Assembly (NCBI GenBank): GCA_036570425.1
Contig: DATCYF010000014.1
Span: 357 to 64,356, forward strand
Reading direction: 5' to 3'
Origin: Rhizorhapis sp.
Lineage (GTDB): Bacteria > Pseudomonadota > Alphaproteobacteria > Sphingomonadales > Sphingomonadaceae
Length of the DNA stretch: 64,000 bases
Positions 19,564 through 28,291 of this stretch are shown here, in pieces. The notes under the pieces are model-generated. The model searched no databases. It was given only the letters and a program-made list of their open reading frames with translations, and was not told the origin of the DNA. The translations under genes were made by a program, and so were the position numbers. The stretch's first letter is position 1, and each line of letters starts with the position of its first letter.

Positions 19564-19793
19564 CTCTGTCGTCCTTGATATTGCGCCGTACAACCGCCAT
19601 CGATCGGAAGATTATGGGCGCGCAGCGGCGTGACGCCGGGCGCGATGCAGTTCACGCGAATGCCGCGATCGGCATTGATGTCCGCCAGGATCACCCGCGC
19701 ACCGTTCTCCCCGAACGCCTGCGCGGTAGCGGCGCCGATGCCGTCCACCGCTGCTGTCACGAGCGCAACTTTCCCATCGAACCTGCCAGCCAT
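19560..19793 (-). pseudogene. Internally deleted SDR remnant (77 aa, in frame)
   Basis: The N-terminal Rossmann segment GKVALVTAAVDGIGAATAQAF...RVILADIN is joined directly to the C-terminal blocks GIRVNCIAPG and LPIDGG. The roughly 170 aa that would carry the catalytic Ser/YxxxK are missing. Confidence 0.6.
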
Positions 19794-20036
19794 GTCCTCT
19801 CCAATTAATCTTATAAGTTGCTGGTAGAGTGCTGGCCCTCAGTAAACAATGCATCCGCAGCTATGTTTCGGCTCGACGTATCAGTGTTGTTGGGGGTAAT
19901 GCGGCGGAATTGACCGTCCGCTGGCCACAGAACACAATGCCAGGGGACTGCAGGGGCCGTGAAACAGACTCGGGAGAGACCGCAATATGGCACGCAATCG
20001 GCTGACAGCCATCCGTGGCGGGAGCTGCCTGACCTC

Positions 20037-20909
20037 ATGAACCTGCAGCATCTTCGTTATCTGGTGGGCTTTTCGGAACACCGCACGCTCACCGATGCCG
20101 CCGATAGCCTGGGCATCTCCCAACCCGCGATCTCGCGGGCGCTGCACGAACTCGAGCAGGAGCTCGGATGCATACTCTTCCAGCGCACGGGGCGGCGGCT
20201 GGAGTTCACGCCAGCGGGCCACGACGTCCTGAAGGCCGCGCGACGCGCCCTCGCCGCGATCGCCGACATCCGTCATGTCTCGGATGCACATGCGGTGACA
20301 CCAATTCTGCGCATTGCGACACTTGGGGCGATCGCCGCAGGCATGTCGCCGGTGCTGGAACGCTTCATCCGCAAGGAGCCGGAAACGCAAGTCCAGGTCC
20401 ATCACTTCGCGCATGAAGAAGGCATGCTCGACATGCTGCGCCGGCGAGATGTCGATATCGCCTACAGCAGCGTCGCGAAGACGCCGTGGGGCCTCACCTT
20501 CACCGCGACGCGCCCTCTCGGCATCGTGCTCGCCTCACCCATCGGCACCAATCTGCCGGCGACTGTCACCTTCAAATCGCTCGACAAGCTGCCGATGATC
20601 TGCCCGTCCCCCACCGAGGAGCGGCGCCGACTGCTCGACGAGCCCTGCGAACGCGCCGGCGCAATCCTGAACTGCGTGATCGAAAGCGGCGATCCGACGA
20701 CTTTCCTCAGCGGCATTCGCGCCGGTATCGGATCCTCGTGCATGTGGGACGTCAACGCCGAACAGGCGACTGGCATCGAGGTTCGGCAGTTCGATCCCCC
20801 GCGCGAAATCGCCGTCGGATTCATCCATCATGCGAAGCCCTCGTCGATGGTGCGCACGCTCCTCGATATCTCACGCCGGCTCGAGCGCGAAAGGTTGCGT
20901 CCTGCTTGA
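20037..20909 (+). CDS. LysR-family transcriptional regulator
   Basis: MNLQHLRYLVGFSEHRTLTDAADSLGISQPAISRALHELE winged-HTH. It is divergent from the SDR-remnant/racemase/bicupin operon. Confidence 0.9.
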   Translation: MNLQHLRYLVGFSEHRTLTDAADSLGISQPAISRALHELEQELGCILFQRTGRRLEFTPAGHDVLKAARRALAAIADIRHVSDAHAVTPILRIATLGAIAAGMSPVLERFIRKEPETQVQVHHFAHEEGMLDMLRRRDVDIAYSSVAKTPWGLTFTATRPLGIVLASPIGTNLPATVTFKSLDKLPMICPSPTEERRRLLDEPCERAGAILNCVIESGDPTTFLSGIRAGIGSSCMWDVNAEQATGIEVRQFDPPREIAVGFIHHAKPSSMVRTLLDISRRLERERLRPA

Positions 20910-21092
20910 CCATGATGGCCATTGCATACGGCGGCGTTATCTTTCGAAGACAATCATAAGGCCGTATGCGGTTGTCCCTCGACGTTCCGTCATCCATCCG
21001 CCGCAGTAAGGAAACCGGCACAGACCGGGCTTGAGAGAGGATGCCGACGCCATCGGCCTCCAATCGATCAAGTATCGCGTTCGGAGGAAATT

Positions 21093-23456
21093 ATGCGAGC
21101 ATCGTTCTATGGTTTGGTAAATTGCGTCGCGTCGGCGGCAGTTCTGGGTTCATCCGGCGTCGCCGCCGCACAGGGCGCGCCGACGGGCTCCGTCGGCGGC
21201 AACATCCCGTCAGTCCCGCCTGCGACGGAAACGCCGACCGATTCCGGCATGGGCGATATCGTCGTCACTGCCCGCCGCGTCAGCGAGAATGCGCAGACGG
21301 TGCCCGTCACAGTGTCAGCGTTCAACGCCGATGCGCTGCGTGCCAGTTCGATCAGCCAGCCGCAGGACCTGCAGACTTCGGTCGCCGGTATCTTCCTTGG
21401 CGGATCGGGCGCGCCGACGAACGCGAACTACGCGATCCGCGGCGTGACCAAGCCGGTCGCTGGCCAAGGCGCGCCGGGCGTCGTCAGCTATTTCGCGGAC
21501 GTTCCCCTCCCCGCCTATGTCAGCTCCACGCCGCAATACGATCTCGCCTCGATTCAGGTTCTGAAAGGTCCGCAGGGCACTTTGTTCGGCCGGAACACGG
21601 TCGGTGGCGCCCTGCTCATCGATCCGGTCGCGCCGGGCTATCGGTTCGATGGCTACCTGCAGGCGAGCTACGGCAACTTTGACACGAAATCACTGGAGGG
21701 CGCGCTCAACGTGCCCATCGTCGACGGCAAGGTCGCGCTGCGCGTCGCCGGCCGGATCAACCGCGGCGACGGACAGGTCAAGAATCTCGGCAGCGGCCGC
21801 GATTTCCAGAACCAGCACGACAACAGCTTCCGCGCCTCGCTGCTGATCGAGCCAACCCACTGGCTGAAGAATCTCACCATCTTCGACTATTTCGATCTGC
21901 CGCTCAGCAAGAACGGCGGCGCCGCGCAGGTGGTCGTCGCGACGGGTATCCCCGCCTTCCAGCCATTTGTGGACGCTCAGAAGGCACTCGGACCCCACCG
22001 CATCGATGGTGGCGACATCGACAATTACAACAGTTCGCGAGCGCTGGGCGTGACCAACCGCACCGATCTCGATTTCGGCGCCGTGACCGTCACCAACATC
22101 TTCGGCTTTCGCCAGATCAAGAGCGAAAATCTCAGCAACTTCGACGGTGTGCCGGGCCATGTCCTCGACACCTATCAGCTGATCCGCAACAAGCAGTACA
22201 CCGACGAGCTGCAGATCAAGGGCGATCTGTTCGACGGCAAACTCGAATGGCTGGCAGGCGCGTTCTATCTGAACACGCCCGATGGGACGATCGGCTACGA
22301 CAGCGATCTCTCCACACTCGGCGTCCCCAATACCCCGCTCGGCTACAGCTTCTACAGCGAGAAAAGCAAGGCGCTGTTCGCGAACCTGACCTACGAGGTG
22401 ATCCCCGGCGTCCGCATCAATGGCGGCTATCGCTACACTTGGGACAGCTATGAATCGTGCAGCGGCACCAGCGACGAGCTCGATCCCCGCGCCGGGCGCG
22501 GGCCAGGCGATTGCCCGAGCGGTCTCGCCGCAGGCAGCCAGGTCGAGGGCAAGTCGAAGGCCCCGACCTGGACGATCGGCGTCGACTGGAAGGCCTCCGA
22601 CGAACTCTTCCTCTATGCGACGTCCCGGCGCGGGTACAAGACGGGCGGCATCAATGCGCCGGCGTACGGGCCGGGCCTGCGGCCGTACCAGACCTTCGCT
22701 CCGGAAAAGACTACCGACATCGAACTCGGCGCCAAGACCGACTTCCGCTTCGGCGACACCCGCCTGCGCTTCAACGCCTCGGTGTTCCGCGCCAAGACCA
22801 AGGGCATCCAGGTCATCGCCACCAGCGTCTCCACCTCCAGCTATCAGGCCGCGAACCTCGCCTGCACCGCGACGAACCCGGCGCCGTTCATTGACGGCGA
22901 CTGCAACCTGCTCAACGATCCGCTGCAGACCGTCATCACCATCAACGGCGGCGACGTCGTCAACCGCGGTATCGAGCTCGAGGCGACGATTGCGCCAACC
23001 CACCGCCTGATCTTCAGCGGCAATGCCACCTTCCTCGATTCGAAGACGAAGAAGCAGACGATCCCCGATGTCCTGTCCGCCTTCTTTCCGGTGGGCGACA
23101 TCCCGCTGCTCTTCACCCCGAAGACGTCCTATTCGGGCAATGTCAGCTACACCGTTCCTTTGGGTGACGACATCGGCGAGATCGCGTTCAACGCGCAATA
23201 CTACCACTCTGGATCGATCAATTTCTCGAATCTGATCACCGATCCGTACGACGTCGTGAACGCCAAGCTCGACTGGAACAAGGTCGCCGACCTTAGCCTT
23301 GACGTCAGCTTCTTCGTGAAGAACCTGTTCAAGGAAAAATATATCATCGGCCCAGGCGTGACCCCTGCTAACGCTATTCCGGTCTCGACGGCATTGTTCG
23401 CACCGCCGCGGACCTACGGCATCCAGGTCCGCTATCGCTTCGGAGCATCGCGATGA
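21093..23456 (+). CDS. TonB-dependent receptor
   Basis: GGAGGA RBS. Signal peptide MRASFYGLVNCVASAAVLGSSGVAAAQG, TonB-box/plug region DIVVTARR and IQVLKGPQGTLFGRNTVGG. The C-terminus is ...QVRYRF followed by 4 extra residues (GASR). Confidence 0.9.
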   Translation: MRASFYGLVNCVASAAVLGSSGVAAAQGAPTGSVGGNIPSVPPATETPTDSGMGDIVVTARRVSENAQTVPVTVSAFNADALRASSISQPQDLQTSVAGIFLGGSGAPTNANYAIRGVTKPVAGQGAPGVVSYFADVPLPAYVSSTPQYDLASIQVLKGPQGTLFGRNTVGGALLIDPVAPGYRFDGYLQASYGNFDTKSLEGALNVPIVDGKVALRVAGRINRGDGQVKNLGSGRDFQNQHDNSFRASLLIEPTHWLKNLTIFDYFDLPLSKNGGAAQVVVATGIPAFQPFVDAQKALGPHRIDGGDIDNYNSSRALGVTNRTDLDFGAVTVTNIFGFRQIKSENLSNFDGVPGHVLDTYQLIRNKQYTDELQIKGDLFDGKLEWLAGAFYLNTPDGTIGYDSDLSTLGVPNTPLGYSFYSEKSKALFANLTYEVIPGVRINGGYRYTWDSYESCSGTSDELDPRAGRGPGDCPSGLAAGSQVEGKSKAPTWTIGVDWKASDELFLYATSRRGYKTGGINAPAYGPGLRPYQTFAPEKTTDIELGAKTDFRFGDTRLRFNASVFRAKTKGIQVIATSVSTSSYQAANLACTATNPAPFIDGDCNLLNDPLQTVITINGGDVVNRGIELEATIAPTHRLIFSGNATFLDSKTKKQTIPDVLSAFFPVGDIPLLFTPKTSYSGNVSYTVPLGDDIGEIAFNAQYYHSGSINFSNLITDPYDVVNAKLDWNKVADLSLDVSFFVKNLFKEKYIIGPGVTPANAIPVSTALFAPPRTYGIQVRYRFGASR

Positions 23457-24556
23457 GCGCGCGTCCCGATCTCCAGCTCTTCGCCGTCGGCGATCTGCAG
23501 CTGATGACGCGCGAGCCGCCAGCTGATCTCTTCGAGCAGGTCACGCCGACCTTGTCGGCGGCCGACATCACTTTTGGCAATTGCGAATGGCCCTATGCTG
23601 AAGAGTCGGGCGACACCCATCCGATCGAAGCCCACATCAACGACGATTTCGACGGTGGCGATCTGTTTGCGCCGGGTGCGCCCGAAAGCATCCGGATGAT
23701 GGGCGCAGCCGGCTTCGACGTCATGTCGGTCGCCAACAATCACACCATGCACGGCGGCTACCGCGCCTTCCTGCGGACGATGGAGCTCCTCCGCGAATCC
23801 GGCATCGCGCCTGTCGGCGGCGGCGACAACATCCTCGCCGCGCGCGAGCCGGCGATCATCGAACGCCATGGCTACAAAATCGGGTTCCTTGCCTGCACCA
23901 CGGGCTTCTTGCCCGGTGCCCATGCTGGCCGCCGGACCCCGGGCATCGTGCCACTGCGTCGGCATACCTATGCCGAGAATGCATCCTGGCAGAACTGGGG
24001 CATCGAACCCGACGTCCGCACTCTCGTCAACCGCGACGATCTCGGTGCCCTGATCGAAAGCGTGACGGCGCTTAAGAAGCGGACCGACATCGTCGTCATG
24101 AGCTGCCACTGGGGCATACTTGAGCACCCTTCGGCAATCGCGGAATACCAACGCGAGGCCGCCCGCGCCCTGATCGACGCCGGCGTTGACCTGATCCTCA
24201 GCCAAGGCCCGCTGCCGATCAAGGGCTTCGAGGTCTACAAGGGCAAAGCGATCCTCTACTGCATGGGCAAGTTCGCGATGATCTCGCCCTGGTCGCGCGA
24301 CGAAACGCCATCGGGCATTTCCGCGCCGCTGCTCGACGAGACGAGCCGCGGCCTCGGTGCATCGATCACGATCTCGGAAAACGGGATCACCGGTGTCCGG
24401 ATTGTGCCGGTCTATCTCGGCAGCAGCGGGCGGCCAAAAATGCTTGAACCGGGCGCGCCCCATCACGCCGAAATCCTCCGCATCGTCGCCGAACGCACCC
24501 AGGCGGCGGGCCTGACAGGCTCAATGAGCGCCGACGGCGAGATCGACCTCTCGTGA
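23453..24556 (+). CDS. CapA/PGA_cap-family metallophosphatase-fold protein (divergent)
   Basis: ATGA overlap with the TBDR stop. CapA blocks AVGD, NCE, VANNH and MSCHWG are present, but the usual GHHPH block reads LSQGPLP. Confidence 0.75.
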   Translation: MSARPDLQLFAVGDLQLMTREPPADLFEQVTPTLSAADITFGNCEWPYAEESGDTHPIEAHINDDFDGGDLFAPGAPESIRMMGAAGFDVMSVANNHTMHGGYRAFLRTMELLRESGIAPVGGGDNILAAREPAIIERHGYKIGFLACTTGFLPGAHAGRRTPGIVPLRRHTYAENASWQNWGIEPDVRTLVNRDDLGALIESVTALKKRTDIVVMSCHWGILEHPSAIAEYQREAARALIDAGVDLILSQGPLPIKGFEVYKGKAILYCMGKFAMISPWSRDETPSGISAPLLDETSRGLGASITISENGITGVRIVPVYLGSSGRPKMLEPGAPHHAEILRIVAERTQAAGLTGSMSADGEIDLS

Positions 24557-24565
24557 CGCGGACTC

Positions 24566-25642
24566 ATGACTGAGCCGGTCGCGCACCAGGACGCGGCTGC
24601 GCTGATGCAGCGGCTCGGCGGCTGGCTGTCGGGTCGCATGGCCGGTGCCCCGTCGGTCGAGATCCGCGACGTCGTCGAGCCGTCGCAGGGCTTCTCCAGC
24701 CGGACAATTCTGTTCACCGCCGCGATCCGCGCCGAAGGCGGCTGGCGCGAACGGCCGCTCGTCGCGCGTCTGCAGCGCGACGTTGCGGTGCCGATGCTGG
24801 CGGATGTCTTTCACCAGTATCGGGTCATGCGCGCGGTCGCGGCACATTCCAACGTCAAGGTGCCGAACATCGACTTTGCCGAGGAGACCGGCGCGGTGCT
24901 GGGGACGCCGTTCTTCCTGATGGACTGCATCGATGGCCGAGTACCGCCCGACTTTCCGAGCTACCATGCCCAAGGCTGGTTCGCGGAGAACCTTGATGCA
25001 GCGGGGCGGGAGCGGATGTGGTGGAACGGCATCGAGGAAATGGAGCGGCTTCACCGCATCGACTGGCGCGCCTTCCCGTTCCTCGCCCCCGGACTGGCGG
25101 AAGCACCCACTGCCGTCTTCTACCTCGAAAAGTTCGTCGCGAACTGGTTCGACTGGGCGGCACAGGGGCGGTCGTTTCCGGTCATCGAGGAGTCGCTCCG
25201 GTTCCTGATCGCCAATCCACCGCCGACGCAGCGCTCCGGGATCGTCTGGAACGACGCGCGGCTCGGCAATACGATGTTCCAGTGCGACACGGCGGAGGTC
25301 GCGTCGCTGCTCGATTTCGAGGTCGCCTCGCTCGGCCCGCCGGAGATCGACCTCGCCCATTGGATGTATCTCGACGACGTCTTCAGCACCAATTTCGGGA
25401 TCGCACGCATCGCCGGAATCCCCGACGAGAACGCCGCAATCCGGGGTTTCGAGCGCATCTATGGTTGGCCCATGCCCTATTTCAGCTATTACCTCGCGGT
25501 GGCGGCGCTGAAGATCCTTATCCTGTCAGTGCGTGACTACAGCAACGGCAAGACGATGGACACCCCCGAGGCCCTCCCCGATTTCCTCGTTGATCGGCTT
25601 CGCCACTATGTCGCCCGCTATGCCGATTACCTTGCGGGATGA
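24566..25642 (+). CDS. APH/ChoK-fold phosphotransferase-family protein, small type (358 aa)
   Basis: Catalytic-loop region IVWNDARLGNTMF (D-x4-N retained, with Asn in place of the usual His) and metal loop LLDFEVASLGPPEIDLAHW. Confidence 0.8.
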   Translation: MTEPVAHQDAAALMQRLGGWLSGRMAGAPSVEIRDVVEPSQGFSSRTILFTAAIRAEGGWRERPLVARLQRDVAVPMLADVFHQYRVMRAVAAHSNVKVPNIDFAEETGAVLGTPFFLMDCIDGRVPPDFPSYHAQGWFAENLDAAGRERMWWNGIEEMERLHRIDWRAFPFLAPGLAEAPTAVFYLEKFVANWFDWAAQGRSFPVIEESLRFLIANPPPTQRSGIVWNDARLGNTMFQCDTAEVASLLDFEVASLGPPEIDLAHWMYLDDVFSTNFGIARIAGIPDENAAIRGFERIYGWPMPYFSYYLAVAALKILILSVRDYSNGKTMDTPEALPDFLVDRLRHYVARYADYLAG

Positions 25643-25817
25643 ATGAGAGTGACGATGAACGAACCACGGGACAATGCCATCCGAGGGCAAGAAGATCGGA
25701 TTCATCGCGACCGCAGTTCATCAGGACTGGGCTCGGTAGATCGGTGTGAAGTCGATAACGCCAAGGAGTCCCACGATCGCGGTCTCGTCATACGAGGATC
25801 GCATGGCAGAACGACCG

Positions 25818-27182
25818 TCAAGGTGCGAATGGCTGCAGCGCATATTGGGTGAGACGCTCTCGTGCAGGCACCGCCTCTGCCATGCGATCCTCGACCTGCC
25901 TCGCAAAATAGTCGAGCAACATCGCATCGTGCTCCGGCCCGGCCGTTTGGACGAAGCGCTCCATCGCGGCATCCGTCTCGCGCCAGTCCGCGGGACGGTA
26001 GCCCAGGATCGCGGCCGCACGATCGAGATCGGCCGCCTCATGCGCCGGCCGCATCGCTGCCTCCGCCCTCGCCCACTCGACCAGGCTCTCGGCTGAGCAC
26101 CTGTCGTTCTCGCCGAGCTTCGAGTTCGCGGTGTCGATCCTGCCGACCGTCGCCTCCAGGACCTGCCACACGATCTGCGAGCGAGTGTCTGCAGGCTCGG
26201 CTGGCGTCGACGGGACAATGGTGACGCCCATATGCTCGGCGATGGCCCAGAGCAGCGCCCGACGACACAAAATATCCCAGATGATGTACTCATATTGCAT
26301 GTCCGCAGGACCCGGATCGGCCAACGGTCCGGCTAACGTCATCGCCGAAGAGAGCATGAATGTCGCAGTGTGGTAGCTGAACGCTTTCTGATCGATCACC
26401 ATCCCCGTGATGCGCGCATAGTGGCGGACCAGATGATTGGGACCGGCACCCAGGGGCTCGGTTGGATGCCGCAGCCGGAGTGCGGCGAGATCGTGCAGCG
26501 GATCACCGATATGGGTGGCCTCGAAGTCGTATAGAGTGGTGACCCTGCCCTCTTCGAAGAGGAATTGTCCGGGGTCTCCATGAAGGAGGCATGTCCTGCT
26601 GCGATCCTGCGGCACGTTGCGTGACACCCATCGTAGAGCCCATTCCATCATCGGTTGCGGAGTCTTCTTGAGCCGGTGGAAGATCGCTATGTTGGGAGCC
26701 AAATATGCGAACGCCGTCTCTTCCGGAGAACTCGGCTGAGCCACGCCTGCAGCGACAAATGGCGCGGTGTCGAGGCTGTGGATCCGCGCGAGGATTTCGA
26801 TGCTTTCCTCGGCGATCCGCTGCGCCTCAGCGGCATTGGCCGCCTCCGAGACATCCCGCGTCCCGGGCACGCGATCCATGACGATCCCCTCGGGATCATG
26901 GCTCATGCCATAGACGTGAGGAACCGGAATGCCGCCCTGTTCGAGCAGCTTGAGGATCGCGGCCTCGCGCGCCAGGCCGGGAAATGTCTCGGCATCAATC
27001 CCTTTATCTCCACGAATGTAGAGGGGGATCGTGCGGCCGTCGCGGCTGACTTCCGCATACCAGCTCGTACGCCAGCGTGGCTGCCGCTCCAGCATTGTCA
27101 CGCGTCCGCCGACCAGCCGCTCAATCTGCCGGGCGAGCCGCTCAGTCACGTCGCCCTTAACTACAGCAAGGTTCATGTTCAT
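25818..27182 (-). CDS. APH/ChoK-fold phosphotransferase-family protein, large type (454 aa)
   Basis: LLHGDPGQFLF (HGD present, but no Asn at D+5), LYDFEATHIGDPLHDLA, and a roughly 130-aa C-terminal helical extension. Confidence 0.8.
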   Translation of the reverse strand: MNMNLAVVKGDVTERLARQIERLVGGRVTMLERQPRWRTSWYAEVSRDGRTIPLYIRGDKGIDAETFPGLAREAAILKLLEQGGIPVPHVYGMSHDPEGIVMDRVPGTRDVSEAANAAEAQRIAEESIEILARIHSLDTAPFVAAGVAQPSSPEETAFAYLAPNIAIFHRLKKTPQPMMEWALRWVSRNVPQDRSRTCLLHGDPGQFLFEEGRVTTLYDFEATHIGDPLHDLAALRLRHPTEPLGAGPNHLVRHYARITGMVIDQKAFSYHTATFMLSSAMTLAGPLADPGPADMQYEYIIWDILCRRALLWAIAEHMGVTIVPSTPAEPADTRSQIVWQVLEATVGRIDTANSKLGENDRCSAESLVEWARAEAAMRPAHEAADLDRAAAILGYRPADWRETDAAMERFVQTAGPEHDAMLLDYFARQVEDRMAEAVPARERLTQYALQPFAP

Positions 27183-27254
27183 TCCCGCCCGCGGATGAAG
27201 ATCGTGCCTTCGTCGGGTGAGCCACGATCCGCGCCCGACGAAGATGGCTTCAGT

Positions 27255-27629
27255 TCAAAGATCAGGCGTCTGTGGCCAGAACCGCGAGTGAAGCGATCCG
27301 TCCTCTCGAAACAAATATGTCTCGATCGATTCGAGATCGATGGTCTTTCCATCCTGGACCAGCTTGTGCGTGAAGTAGGTCGCGGCCTCGCCGTTTGCGA
27401 CCATCGCGGACACTAGACGGGACTGCACATTGACCCCGTCCTGCCACATGCGTTCAAGATGGTCCCATCCGTGGAAGACATCACCGTTCGCCGGCCACTC
27501 GAGCGAGTAGCCGCCGGGCGCTATCTGCCGGTAAAGCGCCATGAAGTCGTCCTTGCGGCTCTTGTCGTTGAAGAGGCGGGTCTGCTCGTCGAGGAAGTTG
27601 TGGATGGCCCTTGATGATGGAATGCTCAT
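27255..27629 (-). CDS. SnoaL/NTF2-like fold protein
   Basis: 124 aa of alpha+beta barrel size with a composition typical of the NTF2-like superfamily. It lies in an operon between the LEH-like gene and the large kinase. Confidence 0.55.
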   Translation of the reverse strand: MSIPSSRAIHNFLDEQTRLFNDKSRKDDFMALYRQIAPGGYSLEWPANGDVFHGWDHLERMWQDGVNVQSRLVSAMVANGEAATYFTHKLVQDGKTIDLESIETYLFREDGSLHSRFWPQTPDL

Positions 27630-27731
27630 GCCGACTCCTTTGATTAGGTTCAGGGATGACGTGACGCGCGGAGCGCGGGACAGGGTATGGGATGGCCATC
27701 CGTCAATGCAAAAGCGATCGGCATAGCAAGG

Positions 27732-28148
27732 CTAACCGGCTATGACGGCCTCGGGCTGCATGCCGAGCTGCTTGCCAAGATCGGCCGTATCGAAATATTC
27801 TCTCCAGCTCAGGATCTTGCCCTCTGCATCGAGATCGTAGACGGCGACGAGGGCGTGCGAGACGCGCACCCCATGCATCGTGAAATAGTCCAGGCGTTCG
27901 GTCATCACCGTTAATCCGGCGGAGACCAGCTTGACGATTCCGCACTCCATGAAGGTCGAGAACTCGCGCTGACGTTCAATTTCAGCGCGGATCGCCTCTC
28001 GCCCCTGTACGACTTGGCCGGGCACCCACAGGTGCCATTCACCTTCCGTCGCGAAATAGCCGGCGATGGTGTCCGGATCAGGCTTCTCGACCTTGCCCTC
28101 GCCCCACGCGGCGCAGAAATCACGCACGATCTTCTCGGCATCGATCAT
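27732..28148 (-). CDS. Limonene-1,2-epoxide hydrolase-like / SnoaL-family protein
   Basis: Start MIDAEKIVRDFCAAWGEG... with a GGAGAGGAG RBS. The length (138 aa) and the N-terminal (V/I)xxFxxAW pattern are typical of the LEH/NTF2-like family. Confidence 0.6.
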   Translation of the reverse strand: MIDAEKIVRDFCAAWGEGKVEKPDPDTIAGYFATEGEWHLWVPGQVVQGREAIRAEIERQREFSTFMECGIVKLVSAGLTVMTERLDYFTMHGVRVSHALVAVYDLDAEGKILSWREYFDTADLGKQLGMQPEAVIAG

Positions 28149-28194
28149 TCTATGCTCCTCTCCGATCGTCTTTATATCCAAATATCCAACTTGC

Positions 28195-28233
28195 CTCGAT
28201 GACACGCCTACCTCCTCGATAACACGCCTACCT
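28195..28233. promoter_or_regulatory. Two 19-bp direct repeats with 20-bp phasing in a divergent promoter
   Basis: CTCGATGACACGCCTACCT (28195-28213) and CTCGATAACACGCCTACCT (28215-28233) match at 18 of 19 positions. They lie between the LEH-like gene (-) and the MDR gene (+). Confidence 0.45.
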
Positions 28234-28291
28234 AACGGCAGGCATCAGGCCCTGTGGCGGCCATAATCTGGCGACTTGAGGAAGGAGAGCG

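Noticed and set aside
21690-23207. 505-aa minus-strand ORF
   Set aside because: It is a shadow ORF antisense to the TBDR at 21093-23456. It has no motifs and an extreme Arg/Ala/Gly/Asp composition.
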